Below, in pieces: positions 1 through 11,568 of a stretch of DNA of 64,000 nt; position 1 is the stretch's first letter; each line of letters begins with the position of its first letter. The notes below the pieces were generated by a model that saw only the letters and a list, made by a program, of their open reading frames with translations, was not told the origin of the DNA and ran no database searches. The translations under genes were made by a program, and so were the position numbers. The DNA comes from Rhizophagus irregularis (lineage: Eukaryota). The stretch spans positions 806,001 to 870,000 of the forward strand of contig NC_089433.1 of assembly GCF_026210795.1 (NCBI RefSeq), written 5' to 3'.

Positions 1-1138
1 GTTGTTGTTTAATTTTCAATAAATTATTTTTAAAAAATGACCACTTTTCTTCTATTGAAACATTTAAATTAAAAGAACTAGCAACCTTTTTTAAGTCATC
101 TTGAAAATTTAAAAAATCTTTTTCTTCAGTATTATCAAAATCAAAAATATGTCTAATTAAATTCGTATTAATCGTATTCATTTTTTTTGCCTGTAAAATC
201 GGATAAATCAAATCTTCATTAATAAAATCAAAAGTTAATAAAGCATGATCCGTATTAATTATATCTCTTATATTAATAATTTTTGCTTTCGATGTTTTCG
301 TGAAAAGATTTTCTGATATCCATATATAATCAATTCTTGAGTTGAAACGACCAAAATAAGTCATTATTTCTTTTGTATTATCCATATCATAAGTTTCTTT
401 ATGAACATCCCATAAATTAAGATCTTCTAATTTTTGAAAAATTTTCAACATTTTTGGTATAGATTGTTTATTATCTTGTCATTTTTTAAACCTACGATAT
501 TGTAAATTAAAATCACCACAACAAATAATTTCCATTTTGTGAGACTTAGCATTTTTAATCTGTTTAATTACATGTGTATTCATATCAATTTTTTTGTTCA
601 TATCTACACCAGTACGATGATTAGCTAAATTATAAAATAATATTAAACGTAGTTTTTTGTTATTCTTAAAAGAAAAGTCAACTATTAATATTCGTCCATT
701 AATTTTTTTTATATTGAATATATGTTTTTCTAAATTATTGCGTATTATAAGCATAACTCCTTTTCCAATAGCATTTTTATTATCATTATGTGAAATAATT
801 TTATATCCAGCTTTATCTGCGTTGAAAAAGTTAATTTCTTTATCGGCTTTTTGTGTTTCCGTAATTCCCATAATATCGATACCATTTTTTCTTATATAGT
901 CAAAAATATTGTTCAATTTATATTCTGTTAAAGTACATACATTGAGCACCGCTATTTTAGTAAAATATTTCTGATTAATGTGCTCATTATTAAACATGTC
1001 TATGTTATCATTAATTTGATTTGGAATTGTAATTGTTTTTTTCTTCTGATTCTTTTTTCTTTTATAATTAATCAAATGTGGGGGTGGATTATTAGAATAA
1101 TTATTAATTAAGTTGTTATTATTGAGTTGTACAATCAT
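1..1138 (-). pseudogene. LINE ORF2 N-terminus, apurinic-like endonuclease domain; one premature stop
   Basis: Motifs LNV, GITET, GKGV and CGDFN precede the TGA at 479-481. The same frame then continues with SRIDYIW and NTDH (APE catalytic motifs) to base 1. The RT domain would lie outside the window. Confidence 0.88.
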
Positions 1139-1143
1139 TAAAA

Positions 1144-3338
1144 TTAAAAATTGTGTTCAAACTGGTTGGCTGAATTGCTAGTACCCCCAATACTTGCAAA
1201 TTCTTTTGTTGTAGTATCGTGTTGTTGTTCTTTATCGGAAAGTTGTCCAGTAAGTTTCGTAATCATATTGAACATATTGGTTAATAAACTATCTTGTTTT
1301 TCGACTTTTGATTCTAAGTTAAGCACTAAGTTATTGTCATCATTTTCACTTGAAGATGAGTCAGGTTTGGCACGCTTGTTATTATCATTAACTATTGGTA
1401 ATTTGTTAGGCTTGTGTTGTAGACCTTTACGATTATTATTATTTTTAAAGGTTTCTTTAATTGAATTAATTTCTTTTCTAACTATATCATTTTCTTTTCT
1501 AAATTCAGTAATCATTGCATTTAAAGTAGTGAGTTGTTTTTTAATATCTGATAAATCATTTTATGAAGATGTATGTTTGTTGTTATTTGGATCATGCATA
1601 GAGCCTCCTTTCCTAGTACCGCCTTGAATTGGGTTGTAGTTGTTGTCACTTATATCTTCTTCGTCACCCCAAGCTTGCATTTCTTCTTTACTAAAGGTGT
1701 AAGTATTGTTATTACGTTGTCGATTGATAATATTATTTTGATTTTAATGTCGTTGTCGATTAGTAGGATATCTATTTCCCTTAGTAGCATCGGCGTATGA
1801 ATTGAATCTAGATTTATTACGATTTTTAAACTGTTGGAGCAGTTGATTACGATTTAATTTATTTGAACGTTGTCGTAATTCCGTTTGACATTCCTTCGCT
1901 ACGTGTCCCGTATATCCGCATCTATGACAAGATTTGGTATCTAATGGGGACCATTCTAGTTGTTGACCTTCATATTCATATACATTATTGGTTGCAATAC
2001 TAAAATCTTCATCATTTTTAAAATATACAAAAGCATATTTCATAGGTTTATATGTCACGGGGTTGCGTGGAATAAAAATAGACGCAATGCTAGTTTTAGT
2101 AACCAATGGTTGTAAATCACGTGCACAAGTATTGAACGGTAAACCATTAATTTTTGCTGCAAATTGGAACCTTTCAGATTTTTTATCTTCAGATAGCAAA
2201 ACAGGTACCACTGAGAGACATTCTTTAAACGCCCATACACTCCATTGAGCGTAAAAAGGTTGTAAGCTAAGTTCATCTTTGTAGGTTATAAAAGCTTGTC
2301 TGTATATACCTTTAAGTCGTGTGGTAATGCCATCTTCTTCTAATTCTCCATATCGACTAAAAACAGCCTTCAAATTATAATTTTCCATATATAATGATAT
2401 ATTAAATACCTTGATAGTACGACTTTTACGAGTTTGAAAAAGTTGTTTTCATTTTTCTTGTAAATTTTCTACTTTTTTAAAAGAGTAAACGACATTATTT
2501 TCTTCTCTATCGGTTGCACTAGGCATTTTAAAAGTCATATTACATAAGCTATTTAAATCGACTTCGGTGTTGACTTTAATACTAATCACGTGACAGTATT
2601 TTGTTCTTGACTGGTATCATCAGTCAATCTAATCGGTTTTTTTTCTTCAAAAGTGGTAACGACGTCGATTTTTGATTTGATAATTTTAACAATATAATGA
2701 CAAAATTGTGTACTTTTAGGCGCCTCCGGAATCATACAAGTAGCTTTCCATGTGTTATGTTTAGACAAGACGATTGGTGAAAATTCGGCGTCAGCCATTT
2801 CTTTTTCAGGCAATTGATTATCAGCAGATAGATCATCAAAATGTGAGTCATCATGCGTCGATTGATCATCTTGATCTTGTGTGTTGATCTTTTATAGTAC
2901 ATCTGAATGATCTTCATTAGCTTTTCCTTTGTTCGCAGTTGGTGTTGCAGAGGGTGATTGTGTTACAATAGGATTGACATTTTTCGGGGTCTCGCCAGTT
3001 TTGGTTTTCTTTTTTTGCTGCGTATTTTGTGGATTATAAGCAATGAAAGGGTCGAGTTCCTGTCGTTTGAAAGTTGCTTGTTGTTTTCTATTATATGGTA
3101 ACCTTGCAGTAGCAGCTGCCTGGTGTTGTTGTTTCTTTTTCTTCTTGTTTTCTTGACGTAAGGTTGCTCTAGATTTAACTGTAGTAAACTCCTCGTCGTT
3201 AGAAGTGAAAGTAAAATTATTCAAAGTATCTTGTGCAGTAGAAGTTGTACCAACAACTCCTTCCATAGTTTCTCCCTGCTCCTGGTTGTCTATACCCTTC
3301 TGGGCAGCACTACGAGTAGTCCTAGTTAGGGCAGACAT
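1144..3338 (-). pseudogene. LINE ORF1 (gag-like nucleic-acid chaperone, RRM plus zinc knuckle), disrupted
   Basis: ORF-track pieces 2892-3338, 2586-2813, 1744-2388 and 1144-1515 join into one reading. The join passes through in-frame stops at 2892 (TAA), 2449 (TGA), 1744 (TAA) and 1561 (TAA) and one frameshift near 2590-2645. Motifs: YAFVYF (RNP-like) and C-x2-C-x4-H-x4-C. Confidence 0.85.
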
Positions 3339-4154
3339 ACCGTTACAGTATACGAAATAGGATTATAAAAAAAACGAAAATAAATTTTCTAAGTTATATC
3401 TTTGTAATAATACAAAAAAGTAGGAACGGGAGAGAGTTTTTTTTTTACATTGTCATTGTCATTTACATAAAGTTATATAAGATTAATCTGAGAGTTTTTT
3501 ACCAAAAAGGAAATTTTTTTATAAAAAGGGAAATGATTTTCAATTTCGAGGCAATTCAGCAGGTGTTTTAATAACAAATTGAGAAATGATTTCCATAGAA
3601 AATCTCGTGACAAAATTTATAATAAATTTAAAATAAATGATCAACAAATGATCAACAAAATCGTTACTAGTTTTATAAAAAACGCCCAATAATATCTTTT
3701 TATTGTTTTAACTTATTTAATTCTATTATTCATATTTATACAGATAATATTTATCACATAAAATAAATAAATAAATACAGATAATATTTACATATAATTA
3801 AACTAGCTAAATTCTTTATTTAAAAAATTATTTAATAATATAGGAAGTAAGTTATTTATTTAATTCCATTATTAAATATTTGCAAGTTATTTAACCCTCA
3901 TATCAAATAATTCGATAGATTTTTTTGTGCCAAAATGATGATCATATCCTGGAATGCATTAGATCATTGACAATCATATCTTAAAATGAAAAATTATGAA
4001 AAATTGTGAAAAATTGTGCGGTTTTATGGATTAGTTAGTGCATTTTTATGGATTAGATTTTGCATTTGATCTAACCATAAGTCCAAATTTGGATGAAAAA
4101 GTCTCAGATAATTTTATATATATGTTAGTATAGCGAAGCTAACGTTTTTTTTTT

Positions 4155-4640
4155 GATTGAAAAAGGAAATAACTTTCCATTTTTGCTTTAATTTTTTCTC
4201 TTTTCGTAAAAAACTTTTTTTTTGTTGAAAAAAAAAATCAAAAAAATTTATAAAAATAAAAAAGGAAATACCCTACCATTTTTGATTTACTTTTTTCTCT
4301 TTTTGTTAAAAATTTTTTTTTCATGAAAAAAAAAATCAAAAAAAAATTATAAAAATGAAAAAAGGAAATGGGTTTCCTTTTTAATTTTTTTTTCTCCTTT
4401 TGTAAAAATTTTTTTTCATAAAAAAATCAAAAAAATTTATAAGATGAAAAAGGAAATGGGTTTCCTTTTTAATTTATTTTTTTTCGTTGAAAAAAAAAAT
4501 TAAAAAAAATCATAAAAAATATAAAGGAAATGGTTTTCCATTTTGATCTATTTTTTTCTCTTTTCGTAAAAAATTTATATTTATTCCAAAAAAAATTTTT
4601 ATCAAAGAATTCATAAAATTTTAAAAAGGAAAAATACTTT
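4155..4640. repeat. Degenerate tandem repeat of ~60-110-bp units with a palindromic AAAAGGAAA-N4-TTTCCTTTT core
   Basis: About six AAAGGAAA(T)...TT(T)CC cores separated by A and T runs. Confidence 0.6.
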
Positions 4641-5502
4641 CAAAATTTTCAAAATGAATGTTTTCTTAATTAATAAATTTTTAATTTTTTTTTTAATAAT
4701 AATTTTACTCCACAAAAAATATTTTACTAATAAATTTACAGTAACTTTTAAATATTTATTAAAATTAAAAATAAATATTATTATATCTTCAAAAATTTAG
4801 ATTATAGTACAATTTAGCATTAGTTTATTATTATTATTTTTTTAACAGATCACTATATCACTATTTATAGCTGATTTATCGTAATAATAATTTTTTTTTT
4901 TATGATGTATACGAATTTGCAGATCACTATATCACTATTTTACAGCTGATTTATCGTTCTTAAAAAAGTGATTAATCTTAATAATATTATTATATCTTCA
5001 AAAAATCTAGATTATAGTACAATTTAGTATTAGTTTATTACTAGCAGTCATGCACCGGGACAAATGAGTTTGTTTATTAAATAGAAAAATTTAGTATTAT
5101 AATGTAATGCAATACTAAGTAAATTAAAGATGGTTACAGTAGTTTTTTGTTTATAATTAGGAATTTAATATGGTAATAATTAGTTAACAAAAAATAATAA
5201 ATAACATGTATTAAATTATATTTATAATATTAGAATGATATAAATTATATTTAGAATAATATAGTTTATATTAATGATTTGACGTTTGAGTGTATTTTCA
5301 CCCTGGGCGATTTAATAATTTTTCACATTAAATTTTATTGGCTAAATTAATGTGCTGATCATTTTACATTTTGAATTCATTCTTTTTAGGTCTTTCGATT
5401 CTTCTTTATAACTACTAAGGTATGTTTTTTATTTTTTTGTTTTTGTTTATTTATTACATGTAATTTCCGTTTCCTACTAACTTTATTTCTTCTTTTAATT
5501 TT

Positions 5503-5980
5503 ATGGGTTTGGTTTTTACTGTTTATCTCATTTCCGTCCCTTCTCCATTTTTTTGTTTTCTTTTTGTTTCTTCATTTTTTTTGCTCTTTTTATTCTTCCC
5601 TTCCTTCGTTTTTTCTGTTATTTTTATTTCCTTTTTGTTTCTTCGTCTTTTCATTCCTTTACACTACCCTTCGTTCCTTTCATTTTTATTCCATTCCCGT
5701 TTCATCTTTTTTGTTCCTTCACACTATCCTCTGTCATTTTCATTTTTTTCCCATTTCCACTTCTTTTTACATTACCCTTTGTTCCTTTCATTTTTTTTTA
5801 TTCCCCTTTGCTCCATTTTGTCCCTCCATTTTTTTCATTTTTTTTCATTCCCACTTGATCTTTTTCGTTCCTTTTATTTCTTTCACTCACCCTTTGCTCC
5901 ATTTCGTTTCTCCCTCACTCTCCTTCATTTCTTTTATCCTTTTATCTCCCTATTTTTTCATTCACCCTCATTTTTTTGAT
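5503..5980. repeat. Pyrimidine-rich low-complexity tract
   Basis: Degenerate TTTC/TTCC repeats; the Phe-rich ORFs in all three frames are compositional artefacts. Confidence 0.8.
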
Positions 5981-6021
5981 TAATTTTTTAAAAATATTTT
6001 CGAAAAACTTTAATATTATGA

Positions 6022-6330
6022 AAAGGGTTTTGTTTTTTATCGCACCTGCGTTATGTCGCACCCCTATAATATGTTACATATAAAAGTCAAAAATGACATT
6101 CTAAATCCTTTTTGATATATTAAGAAACTTGTAAAACGGTCAAAAATACGTATAGTATAAGGTTTCTTATAGTACATGGTAAGTGCATAAGGTCTCACGC
6201 AAGGATTTTTTAAAAAATGAGAAATCTTAACGAAGTCATGTGATAAAAATGATCGACATAATTAATATATAAAAATTACCAAAAAAGGGAGATGCGACAT
6301 ATCGCAGGTGCGAAAAAAAACATATTCCTT
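6022..6330. mobile_element. MITE with ~40-bp terminal inverted repeats
   Basis: TTTTTTATCGCACCTGCGTTATGTCGCA on the left against TGCGACATATCGCAGGTGCGAAAAAAAA on the right. Confidence 0.75.
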
Positions 6331-8028
6331 ATCAGTTATGAAAATACTACAAATATTTTTTTTAATTAATTATAAATTTTATAATTATTTCTTATTTTAT
6401 ATTACGTCAATCTTAAACTTATAACCAACTTAAAAAAAATATTTGAATAATTAAATGTATTAGAATCTATTCATTTCATTTATTATTATTCTTTTGGTAC
6501 TTAATTTAACTAAACCATTTGAATTAAAATCTTTATTCAAAAATCTGATAGTTATTTAGACAATTTTGGATATGGATTTGGTTATAATAATCTATTATTA
6601 AATCAACAATTTCTTCAAAAAAAAATTGACATTTTTACATATTTTATAATTAATTGATTTTTATGAATTTGAAAATCAAACTATTTATCCAGCGTTTAAT
6701 TTAATTGAAAAAATCTTACTCGTGTTGGTCAATTTTCCTATATCTGATATGTTTGTTATATTGATTTTTTTTAAAAAAATAATAATTTTGTAAATATATT
6801 TAATATAATAAAATAATTTGGGGGGAAGAAAAAGAATAAAGAAAGGAAATCAGTTTGAAAAAAAGGGAAATTTCTGAAAAAAAGGAAAATTTTATTAACT
6901 GAAATTGGATTAGTTGATTGGAATGCACACGGATCGAATAGTTTTTGACCATAAATAGATCAGGCGGAGGCTTGTCACGGGTTTTAATTGTATGGCATGG
7001 GATTTCAAGTTACACAATTCCAAATTATTTATACGGAGACTATAAATCCAAACGTCAGACAAATTTTTTTAGTTATATAGATTTTTTTTTTTAATAATAA
7101 TTTTTTTTTAAATAATAATTTACTAGAGAATAAAGCTTTACTATTTGGTTTCCTTCTTTAGATGGTTCTTATTATCTTATAACACAATGAATGAATCGAA
7201 TGGCAGCTCCCCTGCTAATAAGTTCAATTTCTTGTTATTTAATAAAAATTTTATTATTACATATTTATACTTAATCAATAGTTACATACTTATATAATAT
7301 TTACATATACATATAATTTCTATTATTATTTATATCAATATAATTTTTACATATAATTTAAACTTTAATATTACATATATGTTATATATTTATATATTTT
7401 TAAACTATCTAACTTTTAAAAATTATTTGGTGATATTTTATTTTAGATTATAATTTAAAAATTATTTATTAAATTTTATTATTGCATATTTATGTAGTAT
7501 TAATATATAATTTAGACTAATTAACTAAATTTTTTATTTAAAAATTGATTAATATCATATATAGCATCATTATTTCTATTGTTGTATATTTTATATAATA
7601 TTTTTTGTTAACTGAATTCTTTTATAATTATCCAGTATATTATCCTATTTGATTTTAGGTAAGTGTTAGTAATAAAATAATATTATTTTTTAATATAAAT
7701 TTAAAATAAATTTAATTATTGTGGCTTAAAAAAATTATGTTGACGTTAATACCGATATACACATATTTTATTTGGAGAAAATTTCAAGCATCTAGAGTTA
7801 GAAGGTCAAGGAAACCGTTAATACGACTAATTTTTAATATGACGACAGCAAATAAAAATTTATTCGCTTTTGACCAAAATGTAAATTGGCCGTGAAGAAA
7901 ATATCATTGCTTCCAATTATAGAAATTTATGGAAACACAATCAACGTAAAACAATATAAATAAGGTGTCGGCTGCAACTCAAATTTTTGCTGTTTTTTTT
8001 TTCCTTTTTCTCATTTACAACAAAAAAA

Positions 8029-9503
8029 ATGATTTCAAAATTTTGGGCAGAATTATCCAACGATTATGAAAAACTTTTTGAAACAGAAATAAGATATGAT
8101 GTTATTATTTATGCAGGAGATGATCAAAATGTCAAAGAAATTCATGCTCATTCAAATATTTTATGTGCTAGGTCTCAATATTTTCGTACTGCATTTTCTA
8201 ACGAATGGGCTGAGAAAAGAGACGGAAAATTTATTTTTAGAAAATCAAATATTTCACCACAATTATTTAATATCATTCTTAGGTAAGATATTATTGTTTA
8301 ATAAATTTTATCATATAAATTTGTAAAAAATATTTAACTATTAATCATATTGTTAGGTTCATTTATTGTGGAAATATTGAACTGAAGAATTTACAAGGTT
8401 CTGAAGTATTAAAATTATTGATAGCTGTGGATGAACTAAATATCAATCCGTTAATTTCTCATGTTCAAGAATTTTTGATTGAACATCAAACTGAATTTTT
8501 ACAACAAAATCCAACCGGAATTCTTGAAATTATTTATCAACATGAAACATTTACGGATTTATGGAATTTTTGCCTTGAAAGAATTTGTAAAGAACCTAAA
8601 ATTTTATTCAGTTCTGAAAATTTTATTAATTTAAAAGCTCCTTTATTGGAATTATTATTAAAAAGGGATGACTTAATTATGGATGAAATTGAAATTTGGG
8701 AGTATTTATTAAAATGGTGTTTTGCCCAACAAAATATGCAGAATGATCCAACAAAATGGAATAAAGATGATATTATAAGAATTGAAAGAGAATTATACAG
8801 ATTTATTCCTTTAATTCGATTTTATGATATTGAACCTACTGATTTCTTTTACAAAGTTTATTGTTACAAAGACATCTTACCACAAGATTTAATTCATGAT
8901 CTTTTAGAATATCATATAGTTCCTGACATAAAATCAAAAGTTAATTTACCACCTTCAAGAAAGCCAAATTTAAAATATCCACTCAATTCAACTTTAATTA
9001 AATCGAATCATCTTCCTCTTTTTGCTTCGTGGATTGATAAAAAAGATACTTCACATTATAATAGAAAAAATATTCCCTATGATTTCAAGTTATTATATCG
9101 CTCAAGTCAAGATGGAGTTGATACTAATTCTTTTCATAAAAATTGTAACGATAAAGGAGCTACTATTTGGATAGCAAAAATTAAAAATTCAACACAATTA
9201 ATAGGAGGGTATAATCCACTTAATTGGGATAGACAACCTCGTTGGGTGGCTACAGCAGATAGCTTTATTTTTAATTTTATCAATGGAGGAAATATTTCTA
9301 CTTCAGAAGTAAGTTATGTTAAGAAACAAGATCGTGCTGTTTTATGCAATAATTATTATGGTCCAACTATGGGTGATATATACTGTTATAATAATAATTG
9401 GTCCAATGAAGATCGTGGTTATGGAGAAGTCTATCCAAGCATAGGAATTCCAAAAAATTTTGAAGTAGAAGATTATGAAGTATTTCAAGTAATTAAAAAG
9501 TAA
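8029..9503 (+). CDS. BTB/POZ-BACK-TLDc domain protein (exons 8029-8282, 8357-9503)
   Basis: BTB motif YDVIIYAG..EIHAHSNILCARSQYF. GT-AG intron 8283-8356 restores ILRFIYCG. BACK-like EIEIWEYLLKW. TLDc motifs FKLLYRSSQDG..FHKNCNDKG..IGGYNP..DYEVFQV. Confidence 0.92.
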
Positions 9504-9599
9504 ATTTAAGATGAAATTGAAATTGTTTTTTTTTTCATTATGTCTTCTGAAAAATTATTTCACTTACAATAATAACAGTTTTCTGAGAACCTAATAAGT

Positions 9600-10260
9600 A
9601 AAACATTTAAATTCAAGATACATAAATATATTAAATAAATAACTAAATCCCAAAAGTCATACATGTTTATCAATAGTAAAGAGTACAAAATAATTTACAG
9701 CCATCCAATGTTTAAGATCCTCCTTGGTCATAAGCTTGCAAGTGTTCTCCATAACCTCATATATCTTATATGGGTTGGAAAAATGGTTCGTGAGAACTTC
9801 AATCAAACTAGATCCCATGTACTTCATGTCATGTCCTGTATAATTCCAACAAAACATGTGACCATGATTATACAATATCCAGATTGAAAATCCAGATTAT
9901 TCAATACATACAGCATGAAGATCAATAATACCAAAAATACTTATTATCATTGTTCAATAAGTTTGACAGATCTGACAGATCTTTTTTATTCATAATTATA
10001 TGAAATCTGAAGTGTTCATTATTCAAGAGGGAAAGTAGTGCAATAGTGCTGGCAATTTCAACAGGGAGGTACTACATTTCTCGTTCTCACATGAATTGAG
10101 TGAGTTCTCATTTGGATATCAGACCTCACCATCAGAATTAGGTGTTCAGTCACCATTCACGAGTTCACTTCCATGCAATTCCCAATGACCCATTTTTCCA
10201 GCTTTTCCTCTGTATGTAACATCAATTCTCTGCACTCAAGATGGTCATCCATAATGCAAT
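9600..10260 (-). pseudogene. Degenerate coding relic of unknown family
   Basis: Raised GC and protein-like fragments (YNHGHMFCWNYTGH..., GKAGKMGHWELHG) broken by stops; no family recognised. Confidence 0.3.
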
Positions 10261-11052
10261 CTGATCCAGATGTTTGAGAAGAAAGGTCTGGTCATTTTCA
10301 AAAAGAAGAATGCTAAAAATGTGAAAATATCCAAAAGAAAGAACTTAATTTTGCTGATAGATTTGGAAAAACTGAAAAATGGTTTGATGCTCAGAATTTT
10401 AAAATTTTTTTGAGTAAAGACAATCCCAAAAAAAGAAACACACAAAGTAAGAATTGCCATAAGATTAAGTATTTTGTTCAGAAGTTGGCTGTATACAAAT
10501 AACAAAATGCATCCCATATTGTGCTTATTACTATTGTGTCCCATCAATTTTTTTACTATTATTGGTAGTGGCTTGTTCTTGGAAAAATTTTGCTAACAAC
10601 CCAAAATTTTCTTAATACATTGTACAATATATTTTATATCTAAAATACAATTAGTCTTACAATTAATTATTTGCAATATATTGTAACAATGAATTTTGCA
10701 ATTAATAATGATTTTATAATTAAACTAAGCCTTATTACTGAAGACTCCTCTTTTTGTCACTATAAATAGGCCAAGGGAGCAGCAATGGCTATAGGCACTA
10801 ATGGGTCTACATAAGGTTAAACAGGTGTTGTATGTACAATACGTGTATCATGTGATCAACATTAATTCATTAATGATGACTGCTGCCGCAGCTTTAGCCG
10901 CTGCAAATCAGGTTAGTTTTCCGCAGTAATTTTGCGACGTTTAGTTTTTTTTTAGTTTCTATTTGAAACGCCAAAGGGTGAGAGGCCTTAACAGGCGCTT
11001 CGGACTTATACGAGGTTCTTAGTTCTCTTTATATCCTATGTTATAAAGGAAT

Positions 11053-11568
11053 ATGTCTTCTACACCTCTTATCGAACTAGACTGGTCTTCTACTCCACAA
11101 CATTCTTATGTTCAACTCGGTGACCCTACACCACCTGAAAATAACTCAGATGATATATCATATAATACCGAGCGGCCAGTAATATTTTCCACTAAGGATA
11201 TCCTTTCTCTTGATATTGATGATATTTATCCTTATACGCACTCAACTCTTCATTTTGAAGACAACGAAACGGAATATATATATGATGACGAAGACTACTT
11301 TCAACAGCTACTACAGGCTCATTTAAACGCTGAAATAGAAGAAGGCAGCGTACTTAGAGATGACAAACCTCTCATTGATAACACTCCTTTAACTCCCATA
11401 CAGGAGATTAATCCTATACCACCTTTAGATACTGCGCCTCTTTTAGATAATTTACCCATAGTCGAGAACATTAATCCTATACCATTGGATACTGCGCCTC
11501 TCTTAGAAATTTTACCCATGGTTGAGAACAAAAATACTTTGTTGGTCTCCCGAAAAATTCTCACGTGA
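11053..11568 (+). CDS. Retroposon ORF-A: acidic, Pro-rich protein of unknown function, 171 aa
   Basis: Intronless ATG ORF with a ~60-nt tandem duplication (INPIPPLDTAPLLDNLPIVEN / INPIPLDTAPLLEILPMVEN). Confidence 0.6.
   Translation: MSSTPLIELDWSSTPQHSYVQLGDPTPPENNSDDISYNTERPVIFSTKDILSLDIDDIYPYTHSTLHFEDNETEYIYDDEDYFQQLLQAHLNAEIEEGSVLRDDKPLIDNTPLTPIQEINPIPPLDTAPLLDNLPIVENINPIPLDTAPLLEILPMVENKNTLLVSRKILT

Larger units (their letters stand above)
1..3430 (-). mobile_element. Non-LTR retrotransposon (LINE), 5' half; decayed; runs off the window start
   Basis: Bicistronic layout: ORF1 (RRM-like region plus CCHC knuckle CHRCGYTGHVAKEC) stops at 1144, and ORF2 (APE endonuclease) starts at 1138 after a 5-nt spacer. 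The 5' boundary is approximate. Confidence 0.9.

Noticed and set aside
657..2276. Plus-strand and alternate-frame ORFs over the LINE, and similar shadow ORFs over the Sel1 and Hsp70 genes
   Set aside because: Antisense or off-frame shadows of better-supported coding regions.
479..2894. Alternative genetic code or readthrough explaining the in-frame stops in the LINE
   Set aside because: Neighbouring intact genes end in TAA, TAG and TGA, and the LINE also has a frameshift, so mutational decay is simpler.
5503..5983. Phe-rich, membrane-like ORFs in three frames
   Set aside because: Artefact of a pyrimidine-rich low-complexity tract.
11526..11568. Canonical -1 ribosomal frameshift signal
   Set aside because: No X XXY YYZ heptamer in the ORF-A frame and no clear downstream pseudoknot.
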